DNA from: Phoronis australis
Lineage: Eukaryota > Animalia > Phoronida
Direction of reading: 5' to 3'
Assembly (NCBI GenBank): GCA_002633005.1
Contig: NMRA01000429.1
Coordinates: 1 to 64,000, forward strand
Length of the DNA: 64,000 nt
The number at the start of each line of letters is the position of its first letter. Position 1 is the stretch's first letter. Shown piece after piece: positions 38,397-51,029 of the stretch. The notes under the pieces were generated by a model. It was not told the origin of the DNA, did no database searches, and was given only the letters and a program-made list of their open reading frames with translations. Both the position numbers and the translations under genes were made by a program.

Positions 38397-39390
38397 CATA
38401 GGCGGATTTGGGGGGGGGGCTAGGGGGCCCGGCCCCCCCCTTGGCTGCCGCAAAAAATAAAACAGTAAGAGCGTAGGGAAATGTTGAGTTTATTAATTAT
38501 CCTCGGTAATTAAAATTATGCTTATGAAAAAAGATTTAAATGTGTGCAGTTTTAGTGTTGGTGGGGGGGGGGGGGCTCAAATCCAATTTCAAGTGTCAAA
38601 TTCGGAACACGGCGCATTCGTAAGGGAACTATGGCTAAGTATAGGCTCTCCCTCGATATCCCAGGAGACCGGTAGTGGCGCTGCGCACTACGACTCCGTT
38701 TCCGTCGTCTGCTGCACTGTGCAATGAATAAATTTACTTCATTTTTTAAAGAAAATGGAACCTGAGTGACGATGAAAAAACAGAAGCTGCTGGTAAGATT
38801 TGAATTTTAATCGAAGTCTTAGTTAATCACTCAGAAACTCGCAATACTCTCTTTGTCAAACCTTATCTTAAGACGATTTCCAAAGCAATCCCGTCATTAT
38901 TGCCAGCATGAAAAACGGATTTGGTCTTTTGGGCATTTAAAGACTATTTTAAATACGACAAGCTTGTTAAGAATTGATGGCACAAAATATGAAACGTGTA
39001 ATAAGCATTACAAAAAGAAGTAGGTTTCGCGCGCAAACGCTGTGGACCATACACAAGTAGGTCTCTTAATATTAGATTACTAGTTAAATCGTGGTGGTGT
39101 AGTGGTAACGCAGTCGCGCACTATCCGCCAGGTCGTGAGTTTGAGTCTTTGGAACTTGAAGTTTTTCCTGTTTGACACGTTCTCCGTGTTTTTTTTTTTT
39201 TGCCTTTTTTCTTGGATAATACTTCAGGAATCAAGGAAAATGCTTGATTTTAGAGGTAAAAAACCCCCTCCCGACCTCCCCTCATTCGGTGCTACGCGCA
39301 TCTACAATCGTGGTTCAGTTTGCGCAAATGCTTACATGTACAGCCGGACAAAATGTTGTGCCCCCTTGTGATATCCTAGATCCGCCACTG
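38397..39390. mobile_element. MITE, CAGTGGCGGATC family (long member) containing a tRNA-like head at ~39092-39150
   Basis: CATAGGCGGATTT...CCTAGATCCGCCACTG; flanks TAAGC / TAAAC; internal GGTGGTGTAGTGGTAA..GAGTTTGAGTCT. Confidence 0.7.
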
Positions 39391-42300
39391 TAAACAGACT
39401 ATTTGCAAATACAAAATTCATTCAAATGGGCACAGTATGACGTCACAAGGCATGAACACACCACTCGATTTTTAAGAACCTTTGATGCTTAAGGAATAAA
39501 CATGTTTACTAGAAAACGTTTCCTAATCAACGTTTCTAATGCCGAAAATGATGCAAATTAAACGTGTATGTGCTGCTATCTAGGCTCACAAGCATGTGAG
39601 ACAAGCAAAAAATTGGACATTATTTTTAAAACTGAAGATGCAAAACGAAGTCGCGGGATTTAATTCAAAGTAAACAACGCATTATGTCTCACTAAAAAGC
39701 ATGAGCCTGTCAACACGTACACACATGGTTGCTACAAAAGACGTACTTGCAACCAAACTTATGGGAAATTATATATAATCTAAATATGAAGCAACAATCG
39801 GCGTGTTTGCCATATCCTGAAAACGAAATTTATAAAACCTCGAGTGCTGCTTTACTGGAACAATGTCATGTAATTTATTTTATAACTACAACACAAGACT
39901 AAGAACAAGCACAAGGAAAAACAAGATGTACTGAAAGCGAAACTTGCAACATTTGATAGTAAATCTAGTGGCGTGAATGACTCTTGAATATTCATCAAAT
40001 TTGACAGAACCAACAGAAGTTATTCATTGTTTAATATTTTCACAAATTTTGAATACGAACTTGAATGTCCGGACTCAAGCATGCATTGAAAGTTGGTAAT
40101 CGAGAAATAAAGAAACGTGAGAAAAACAATACTTACAGATGAGCAGCAAACGGGTCACGTCTCGGGTCTCCATTAACGTTGCCTACACTGCACAATTCCT
40201 GCAAAGCGTTGACCTTTCGTGAATGTCGTTTTGTTACTTTTAGTCGTTATGTTAAAGTACAGCTGTGCTCCAGGTGAGATCTGTGTTGGACAACTTCCCT
40301 GACAATGTTTCGGGCGTTCGAGTGTTAGGTGGCTTGTGGTTGATAAAACTTTGGTGGTAACGTGATAATAACCACGGGGTTAAGAGGAAATGTTTGAGTC
40401 ACCCAAAATATTAGACACTGTCGGTTCAGTTTTAGTGTTTCGATCTTGAAATTGCATCACTCTTCTAAGATATCACCTAACGCTGAGAAAACTTGGTAGT
40501 TTTTATTCAAGCCTGTCTCTGATCGATACGGAGTAAAACAGCCGGCTATGTAATGGTTATTGTGCGTTTTAGCTGCAGCAATTACTTGCACTATGATCAT
40601 AACGAACAGAATAAAAAGTAATGGGCATGGAAACAAGGAACTGAATATTGAACTTCAACAAAGTTAAAATATTGCTCAAAATGTTTATATCTTTGCACCA
40701 AATGAGGCGTATGTAGTCCCGACATGTCCATCCGTTTATTAAAGCGACATAGTCGTTTTTACGTCTTTTTGGAGTGAGTGATCAACGGAATAGACTTTTT
40801 TGAAGTTATGAATTTTACCAAAAGCAATAACACGATACAATCCGTTATGTTTTTTATTTAATTACAAATCACCAAATCTTGACGATGTCTCCAAACAGGT
40901 GCTTAAATCAAAACAAGTGATTTTTCCAATCAGATACGCTAAGTATAAGCTGTCGTCTAAAAGAAGTGGTAGTCTATCGAGTTCGATTTTGCATTTCAAA
41001 GATTCATGATTCTAATGCGCGCTGTGGATGATTTCAGAAAATCACATATTTCGCCGATATTTTCAATTAAATTCCACCAAAAAGCGGTACATCATCTTGG
41101 CTGACAATCAATCGGTATGAAGACGGTTTTTCACTGATTTAAATGGGATTCCCGGAAAGTGCCGGATACAGCCGGACCAAGGTCCGGAATGATACGCACC
41201 TATTCCTATCTATCGTCCAACGTCAGGCCGGTGGCAACACTGGACCTGCACGAACAAATCAGGAAAACTTCTGTGGTATTCTTTATATGAAGTGTTTGTT
41301 CGTGTTAACACCGTCTTTGCCAGTAGTAGCTCCGTTCTGATTCGTGACGGCAGCCATGAGTATTTAAATGCACCGCTGTGTTCCATGTAGCTACTGTGTA
41401 GGGTCAATAAACTACCCATAGGAGCTTTCAAGTGAAACTTGCACTCTAAATCTTTATCTCGGTGATTGCATGGTCAAATTAGTTAAAAACACAACATGTA
41501 GCGACAATGTGAGTATGAAGTAGGGTGACAATAGCAAAATGTTTTATGATAAGCCTGCACATCACTCAACCGTGTCCAGTACGTATCGTTACGTGGTGTA
41601 GGGGATTATCAATGCATGATCTGGGTTATGTGAGCCCCCAATTAAGATACATCATTAGTACAAAGTTTTACTATTAGCATATTTTTGTTTTCGCATTTAC
41701 TAGTTGTTAATGACCACAGCTGCACTTTGCTTAGAGTAGATGATGTTAAAATAGCTATGTCGCTTAATTCCTGCTATACATTAGCATAGTTACGAGCATG
41801 CAAAGGCATCTTAAATGATCTTGCTATCTAAAAGTCTTTCCGGATTGGCAAGGACACAACTGACGATAACCAAAGCAGAGCTACGCAGACCATAGAGGCA
41901 GGTACAAAGCAATTACACTGGATTGTGCCGGATGTGATCAGCGTACTGTGACCGTGGATCACTGATTTAAGGTCACGGATGATTATCTATAAAAACATGT
42001 GGATGATGACACATTAGCTGAAAGTGCATCATGGGAATTACGTCACCATAAATAAGCCGAACTGAGAAGTAATGAATTCATGGATTTCCTTTTATTTTCT
42101 GTATCAGTGTCTAATGCGAATTAGCTAGGATCAAATTTGTGATCAAATTGGGCTGACACTACATACAGTGTATGACTAACAAGACTGTCATACCCAAGTA
42201 CGATATCAGGTTTTGGCTATAATCTCCACAGAAATAAAGCGACAAAAATTTCACGAGGACATCCATGTTTGAATGTAACGATATAAACACAGCCACACGT

Positions 42301-44239
42301 TTCACAGAACATCACTTAAGCATTATCAGTGGCCATGCAACCAAAACAATGGTTCCACATCATTCAACTTGTATGACTGAATCACACAACATGCTATGAC
42401 GTCAAGGGCGCAGCCGTAACAGTGTCGATTAACAATTTAGATCAAACATGGGCGGGGCAATTGAGGGAAGCATGATGCGCCACTATCCGTGAAATTTGGG
42501 GTTAGCGCCCCGCAGGAAGTACGCACATAGATTCTAATAATTAGCAGCGTCCGTGGCTTACGGGAAATAGCATTTATGGGGTAAAGGGGGAAGGGGTAGT
42601 AGAGAAAGACCAAGTGGAACGCGGAGAATGAAGGTGGCATTTGGTAACTGTTAGTTCTGGATCCATTTTGGATGCCCTCCTCACCACGATTTTGCTTGGT
42701 GGCCCCAGAATGTGCTGAAATTTTTGCAATATGGATCATCTACACTCACTTCAAACGTGCTGATTCATTCATACTTTGAAAAAGTCCGAGAAAACTTATG
42801 TACTTATATTCCTGAGTAATTTCTTAATGAATGCTTTGTTTTTTCTATAGGGCTCTTCGTTGGCAAGTGATAGTGCCGTTTTGTAAGTATTGCGTATTAT
42901 TTTAAGCCTTTGTTAAGTATTCACCACTGTGTTAGTCGTATAGATGAGTACATCACAAGTACATATACATATAGTCTGTCATGCTGATGTTCCAAGCTGA
43001 CCCTCTTGTTTTTCGATAGTACGAGGCAAACTTCGCCACATGTAACTTCTTAGAAAAAAATTGAACATGGCCTGCACATGTTCATGAAGCTCGTGCTACA
43101 ACTGATCCCTGAAAGAAGAAACTTATCTCTTTAATTGCATGCAATAGTACATCTTTTAAATAGTTACCAGGAAGAAGCACCGAAACTGATCATTGTATCG
43201 GAACTCAGTAACACGAGTACGCCGGTGTGACCCCACGCGACCGTTGGCTACCACTTGTCGCTTTTGTTCAGATTTTATTTCTAAGCTCTTAAAATAAGAC
43301 GCAGTGCCAACAAGTATTCAATTGCTACTCAATAGGACCGCAACTTTTAAGTGCAGGTATCTAACTTTTGAGCGTGAGGTCACATCTACTTAAATTACCG
43401 TTCAGGGTCATATTTAAGACATTGAAATTCATTGACGCTCTGCAAAAGACGATACAAATAAGCGCTTAGTACAATCTACAGTAGTTTTCAAAATAAACAA
43501 CGTTCAAATCCAACAAACTTCCGGCGCAATTTCAATCTCGACCAAATCTCATCCAAATTTCAACAAGTGTAATTTTACCCACGGTTGTCGTAATTGCGAC
43601 AACTTACAGTACAAGTCCCTCACACAAATAAATAATCAGCTGGTACGGCAATAACGTTATCGTAAATTCAAACAACAATGCGGCAAAAATGCTAATTTAT
43701 AGCGACAAAAGTTCGACGAAAGTGTCTTATTATTCTGGCAAAATAATTACCTAATTTAGCAGAGTTCTGTTGGAGTGCGGATTTATTTTGAAAAAAATTC
43801 TACTGTTTCTACAGTAGGTGTAAGTTCCGTAGCTTAAAAAGTGTGAGCGAGTGTGTCAGTAATAAGTTTTGCTATGGTCACTGAGTAGTCGCCCGTGCCT
43901 TTTAGTGGGAGTGTTTTCAACTTGAGCCATGAATGCAACATACACAAAAACCTTGCTCAATTCAAACAGCGGTCAATTTTTGGTGTCAGTATTTATTTTT
44001 GCCTCCCGATATCACACTTTCGACTCAGTACTCCCGCAACAAAATGAGAATGCCTGTAACAGGGAAACTAGACTTCTTATGACAAAATTACGATTCTTCA
44101 CAACTTCCTTCCTTCCTGCATAGAACTGTACACCAGTCCAAATTTCAAGGCTTCGAGTTAATCTCATCTATTTGTTTGTGATGACTGTATCCACCGGTAG
44201 CGCGAGTAGTCTGCTTTTAGACCAAAAGTACGCCGGATA

Positions 44240-45160
44240 GTTCTAAAATCCATTCGACCCCCGCTCATCCCCACACACCTCGACGCCCTCTGCTCACGAC
44301 CCCCTTCGACCGAAAACCCATGGACCCCATGATCCACGACCCCCTCGACCCACGACTTGAGACAATACAGGTGTTTTTGAGATTTGAATTACCTAGTGCA
44401 TAATCTAATTACGTCACTGCACGAGAGGCTTTTGCATAAGACGTACCTACACGCGAGTCTGCTCTGGCTCAAGTCTGGATGGTGATTAAAAACAGAAAGT
44501 GGAGTGATAACGTGATCTGAACTATCGCATTGTGAGGGCGCTATCGCTGTTACGAAAATAGTTCCACGAGCGGCTACCAACGGACCAGTTTTGACTAAAC
44601 GTAGGGAGACAGTACGTTAACCTGAATGTACATACTTTCAGATTTTACTATGTGCTTTCTGTTGTATCCTCGTTCACAACATACTGCATATACCATTGAA
44701 ATACTTTTTAAAAAACTGTTTGTTATTTTAAAATGCATTTACTGATGAAATTACAGTTTTGTCGGTTTGTCCTTCTCTCCACAAAACGAGTAGACGAGAC
44801 GCTTTTTCTCTGCCGGGAACGACATTTGTAACTGGTGGGTTTTTGATTTGATTTGGTGGCGTTCTTTGCTTCGGTTTTTGGCTTTCAGACTTGCCGATTA
44901 GACTCTCTTAATTGAAAAAAAAAACATGGAAAAGCCAGCAGAGCCCACGGCTGGTTCTGTAATTCAGCGCTTGTTCTGTGTTCAGATGGAGTCGAGCTTG
45001 TGTAGACGACGAGGAGGTTTTGAGTTCTGGTTAGTGGGGTCGAGGGGTTGTGGGTCGAGAGGTTGTGGGTCGAGGGGTTGTGGGTCGAGGGGTTGTGGGT
45101 CGACGCGGTCGTGGGTCGAGGGTTGTGGTGGTCGTGGCTGGGACACAGGGGTTTTAGATT
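44240..45160. mobile_element. Non-autonomous element with inverted (CCTCGACCCAC)-type minisatellite arms; partial second copy at ~57655-58090
   Basis: CGACCCC/CTCGACCCACGAC arrays at 44255-44360 are inverted relative to (GGGTCGAGGGGTTGT)n at 45035-45130. The core TACCTACACGCGAGTCTG..CTGGCTCAAGTCT is shared with ~57800. Confidence 0.7.
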
Positions 45161-46376
45161 TATGATCCCAAAACTACCCATTGGTGAAAAAAGACTCGTA
45201 GTGGATTTAAATTTGGTCAAGTTTGTTTAATAGGTGATGCGTTCCTGTAGTTTGTCGTGATTTTGTGAAGACTTTAGCTACTCATAGCCGTCGACATTCA
45301 AGTTTGCGAAAGGATAAAAAGTAATTGTAATTGAACCAAGTTGTTAGCACCGTGATTTTGTTACACCCCTAGTCCAATTGTAGCCGCATATTCAAGTACA
45401 TGTACGACATCTAGAAAGGCTACTAGAGTAATGAAAACATTAACTGATTGAAAAGACACAAAAACACATAAGTATCAATACACCAGGCTAACATTGTTTG
45501 GTTATCTTTCTCGTTTATTTGGAATTCTGAACACTGCAAGAATGCATACGTTTCCTTTTAAGAATGTAGTTTTTTATTCAGAGCATTATTTTTTCCAATG
45601 ACATCCTTGAACACTTCATTTTAACACTGAAGGTCTCGTGAGTTCGAACTGAATTGTCGCAAAAAGACAATAAGACGGTGGATGACGCTGCGAGCACGTC
45701 AAGCCTTTCAAACGCAGATTTCGAGCACCGGATGTAATCAAAAACTCACCGGGTGTTGTCCAAATCACAATTGGTGGACAGTTCGTTGAAACATAGATAT
45801 ATATAAACAAGTTAAAATACGATAATACAACCGTTAGTTCGCACAATTTGAAATAATATTCACTAAATGTTCATCACGTTTTTGTAATGAAAATTCGAAA
45901 ATTGAATATTTGTACCAACGCCTTTAATATGGTATGGCTACTGTAATACAAGCATTACAAATCTGACAAGGAAACAAGTTCTTTGACTCGAGTACAAGTA
46001 CGTGCACAAGATGATTATCGGCTGAGGATATGCGAGTACTTCGAATCCCAATTTAAGACTGTGGTATAACGTTGCGTGTTGCGGCCGACAGATAGCGCAC
46101 ACGTGGTAGTATATAAAACGACACTCGAATACTTTAACGAATAGATTTGTGTCTATTGATTTGCAGCGTTGTGACTAACAAACAACAGATTACAGTGCGT
46201 TGTGAGACTGACGACTATGTGACCGAGGCGAGATAACACTACTGACGAAGGTACTAATCTACAGTGCCAATAGTCACAGGTAACTACGCAAGGGTCACAC
46301 CAGGACTAAGCCAATAGTCTAGATCAATCGCTAGACTGATTCAAATTGACTAACAGGTTGTGACCAACACCCGTGC

Positions 46377-46698
46377 CAGCGGCGGATCCAGGATTTAGAG
46401 TAAAGGGTGCCAGGTCCCAGGAATAAGGAGAATTTCGGCAGATGCGAGCGCCCAGCCTGGAATATGGGGACGCAGGGGCCTCGAATTTTGGTTTTGCAGA
46501 TCCGTTGACTAAGAAAAACAAAAAAAAATTCGGCAAGCGGGGTCTTTTCATGGCCTATACATTATTTCTCCAGCCCCGGAGCCCCACTAGTTGCGAGCAT
46601 CTGGTAGTCGGCAATTCGCACCCGACGACCCCCAAATATTGTCTGGTACAATTTTTGGCGGGGCCATGACCCCCTTGACCCAACTAAATCCGCCACTG
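46377..46698. mobile_element. MITE, CAGTGGCGGATC family, 5-bp TSD
   Basis: CAGCGGCGGATCCAGG...TAAATCCGCCACTG; flanks CGTGC / CGCGC. Confidence 0.8.
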
Positions 46699-47001
46699 CG
46701 CGCTAAAGTGCCACTACCTCTTGTTGTTATAACTCTCGAACTGAGTTCCCAGTGTCCTGCACGCTCAGACCGTGCTAAAAAGCATGACTTCGCGAGATTA
46801 CGTGAGAAATTGCCGTGTAGTTTAAATGAAAACCGTCACTTTGTCTAGATTTTCGCTAGGTCCTTAATTTACTGAGCGAACGTCTGGTCCTGCCTCAGTG
46901 GCCGTCCGTAGAGTTCAGTTCTGCAGTCTCCTAGTCCCTCATGTCTGCAGTCTGGGTTATCTATCTCGCTGGTTCCTTGCGTGCCGCTAGATGGGGCGGT
47001 A

Positions 47002-47537
47002 GCCGCGCCAGCACGCAGGTATCACTTAATTTTCCTCGGGAAATTTATTCTACACCGGCGCTTTGGATTGGCTGGTCGAATTCTCATCAAACAGCGCCTA
47101 ACGCAAACAAACTGGCGTGACTGATTCACTGAAGTGTAAATGTGGTCTGTCGTAGAGACAAATCGGTGCTTAAAATTTATGTTCATGAAATGTGATGCCT
47201 TGAAACTGTGATTGCGCATTTCCGAATGCATCTTTCTACTGTTGATGACTTTTGTTTACGATAGTGTCCTGTATTCATACACTATGAATAACACACCGCG
47301 AGTTAAATCGGCCAGACATGTGTTTATTGTACATGTATGTGCTTCAAGCACGTGGCTTTTAAATATCACTGCAGACAAGAAATAGTTGCTGCGACGGCAC
47401 TTGCATGACAAGGCTAAAAAATCCGACACAGGCCGCCATTTTTTCACGGTGTTGTAAAGCTAACCAATGACTGCTGAGGTTACATCGTCCAATGCTAAAG
47501 CTCGTGCCACTGCGTGATACCTGCGTGCTGGCTGGGC
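47002..47537. mobile_element. TA-flanked MITE with 24-bp TIRs
   Basis: TA|GCCGCGCCAGCACGCAGGTATCAC ... GTGATACCTGCGTGCTGGCTGGGC|TA. Confidence 0.8.
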
Positions 47538-49836
47538 TAAGCACGCAGGAAACCAGCGAGGGTTATCTATTCGTTGTGGTCTTTGTTCTTCGATACTTAC
47601 TTGTAGATTTCAGGTCAGTTTTGCATGCAGAGATTTTTTTCGCTTTTGTACTTTTAGTATGCAAAATGCACTTTAGTAGACACATTTGGTGTTGTATCAA
47701 TGTTTCCTGGTTGAATCCTGCACTAGCAAAGACAGATCTTGCAGAATTTTATTTTTCATTGAGTAAACGTTTCATGAATAGGAGCATGTGAACATGAATT
47801 GTTATTGAAATTTAGTATGAAAGAAAGGTTCGATCAAAACTCAATTGATATAAATGATCAAAATAAAACCTGACAAACGGCTTGTGACACGTTTTCAAAA
47901 TATCATTTCATTTTTGTTGATGCAACTTTAAAGTTCCTTCATAAAACCACTTAAAAGTACTGTTTTTATAGCACCTAATGCAAATGTCAATCGTGTTAAA
48001 ACGAATTCCTAGAATGGTGTGTGTGTGTGCATCAAACAAAGCACGTGGTCATTTCATGTGTGTCCCATCAGCCATGTCCGAGACTTCTTTTTTGAACTAA
48101 GACAAAATTAAACATTTTTTTGTTTCCTGCATGTGCATAATCTAATAGTTGAACTTAAAAATGAATGCATTCACACGAGGGGCGCTGTACTGAGGAATGG
48201 CCGAAAAAGTTTGTTATCAGTAGCAGACTACACAGAGTTAGTTATTAGTTTCTGTTTTTCCAAGCAGATGCATTTGCAATTTTTGAACTTGCTGGAGAAC
48301 TGATCTAAAACGGAATCAAAAAACGAATCTGTACAGATAGTCGGACACCAGTTAAAGCTTTAAAAACAATCTTGTGAAATAACACATTGTTGAGCAATAT
48401 ATTACCAAACAAAATACATTAAGTGAATATTACGATATCGCAATTGCCTTGACATGCTAGCTGTCGGTTGTGTCTTTTGTGATATAGGAATAAGAGGTTG
48501 GTCATTAAAACGATCCAAATCAGAGACAACAATAAAAGTTACGGATCTCCGTTTGTTACGGCATTGGACAACACTAAAGTGACAATAGCGCGCGGTAAGT
48601 TCAGTGCGCTAGAAACACCAAAAATTGAAAAATTCACAGTTGATATCCCGCCGATTGCAAAAAAACTACGGCTGAGACTCCAAATTTTTCAGGTTCTGCA
48701 TGCTTCCAACGAAAAATTAGAAAATTTCGGAGTCTCAATTGTCAGTTTTTAGTAATCGACGAGCAGTTAACGATGAAATTTCAGTTGGGCTCCACGAGTC
48801 TCACGGAAAAGCCGTGGATTCAATTTTAAGAGATAGAACGACATCTACGGCAATAACGGAACGTAACAGAGGCGTATGTAAAGATCCAGAATTAATACAT
48901 TTAGTTGTATTTCAGAGAATTAAAAACCAACAGCAAGCTTAACCATGAACGTAATCAACTCAAGATTGCACAGAATAAATACAATCTGTACCATGTCAGA
49001 TTTCAACTCTAAATACTTGCATGAAGGACAAAGTAAATAATAAGAATAAAGATATATAGCCAAATTAACATTAAAAATGCAATAAATCTTGATGTATCAA
49101 ATTGAAGAATTTAAACGTTACACATTTGTTCGGCTCACCAAACAATTCTCTATGGGAAGTCATGCTGTAGAAACAGTTCTACAGCAATAACAATTGAAAC
49201 TGCTCGGTCCTATTTTGGCCCTGACCTTTTTGACACGAGAATGGCTTAGCAGGTTTTAGGTTTAGCTTCACTCACGTTCAAGAAGACTGCATTGATATGG
49301 CCACCTCTTCCTTAAACGATGGTGGTCTAAAGAATATCATTGAGTGTTTGTAGAATCCCCGATCACGCCGTTTGTTGATGAGGAGACCCTTGTCAATATC
49401 AAAACATTCAGATGTATCCAAATCAACGTGTAAATGCACAGTTTACAAACGCTATCACGTTTCGTTACCAAGGAACCATTGCAAGTTGGTGATGCCCTAG
49501 CATGTCCTCTTGACTTTCCGTAATTTGGCACATTTCGAGAGCAAGGAAAGTGGCTGTTGAATTACATTGTAGTACAAGCGAAATACACATCATCATGTAC
49601 ATTGTGCTCAGCTCTCTGGTGATGTCTCTACTACTAAAAGATCTGCGTCACATTGGGTGTAAAATTGCGCACAAAAGAAAGGTTTTCTTTTTTTGCCAAA
49701 ATGTCGCCGCTAAAGATAATATCAGTACCAACAGCTTAATCCAACTTTCGAAAATTGGAGTTGATGATTTACCTCCGCAACACTCAGAACCAGCACTAAT
49801 ATGAATTTAGTCGACCCGTGATTGTAATCTTCTATA

Positions 49837-49991
49837 CCGTGGCGGAATAAGAGGGGGACAAGGGGGCCATGCCTCCCTAAAATTCTCCTAAATTACATTT
49901 TGCTGTTCGGGGGTGCGAACGTCTGACAGGCAAAGTCCTGGCTGATACTCTGCTCTGGCTACCCTAACTCACAATCCTGAATCCACCCCTT
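49837..49991. mobile_element. Short degenerate MITE, CAGTGGCGGATC family
   Basis: CCGTGGCGGAAT...GAATCCACCCCTT; flanks CTATA / CTACA. Confidence 0.55.
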
Positions 49992-51029
49992 CTACATTCT
50001 GTCAACTGATTGAGACGCCTTGGTTTTTGGTCACGGAATGAGAAGGAGAGAAAAGTCATCAAAAACAATGTATGGAGCTTTTGATATACTGGCAACTCTG
50101 AGACGACCAGGTGTGTAAACAGGTGGGTACTCAAGACACGGCTCAAGTTTTAAGATGTGGTGAAGTAAACATAACTGTACACTGTCAGTTTTCAGGTACT
50201 TAGGAGCAACCATTGATTTTCCCTCTCACTAAAATATCAAATCCGTTTCACGCGTGACGCAACGTATTGCAACTTGTCATATACAAGCCAAANCTATCTA
50301 ATTAGAAAACATCTTTGTTACGTTATGTTTGCTTGGAAAATGGCAACTTCGGATATTTCTGTACAGCAAGCAAAAATGACCGGATACTTAGATATTATCA
50401 ACACAATTTCTCAGTAGCAGCAAACATTTTGCACATTTGTTTGCATTTTGTAAAATCAGTGATAATCACGGAAAATACCCCCAAGTTCAAGAATGGGGGA
50501 ATACATACATGTAGTTGACGAAGAATTCAAAGAAAAAAGCCATTCGTAAATGTGTTTAGTGTACAATTTGTCTTTTGTCGAGAAGATGCTTTGATTCCAA
50601 ATATGAATGCTTTTATAAATTGTATTATATTATGCAGCATAGAACTACGGCTCCTAATTAGTAAATGGTTTTTGGAAAAACAGCATTTCGGTCACCGGCG
50701 GAGATGCACATGTTCAGTACTCACCCATCTCGAATTTAATTTTACAAGAAGCAAGTGTAAAATGTACGAATGTACATAGTTACATCTTTAACATTGCAAT
50801 TTCATCGTGCTTTGGAGTATTTCAAAATTTGGTAATACTAGATGCCTGGTTTGTGTCATTGCTAGACTGTCCTTTTTCTGTGGGGCGGAAATAAGGTGAA
50901 TGATGGTCTGCAATTTATATGTAAAAATGTCGTATCTCGAGAAAACACGTAGAGAGAAGAGACACGAGATGCTCTCATTGTATACTGGCTTTAAACAGTT
51001 TCAGTATGAAATACCCAACGTGTACTTAC

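Noticed and set aside
39092-39150. Possible tRNA gene
   Set aside because: A box present but the B box is degenerate and no acceptor stem forms; treated as a repeat-borne tRNA-like head.
44885-45230. Repetitive ORFs (SRGCG)n / (THNPS)n
   Set aside because: Translations of a 15-bp minisatellite within a non-autonomous element.
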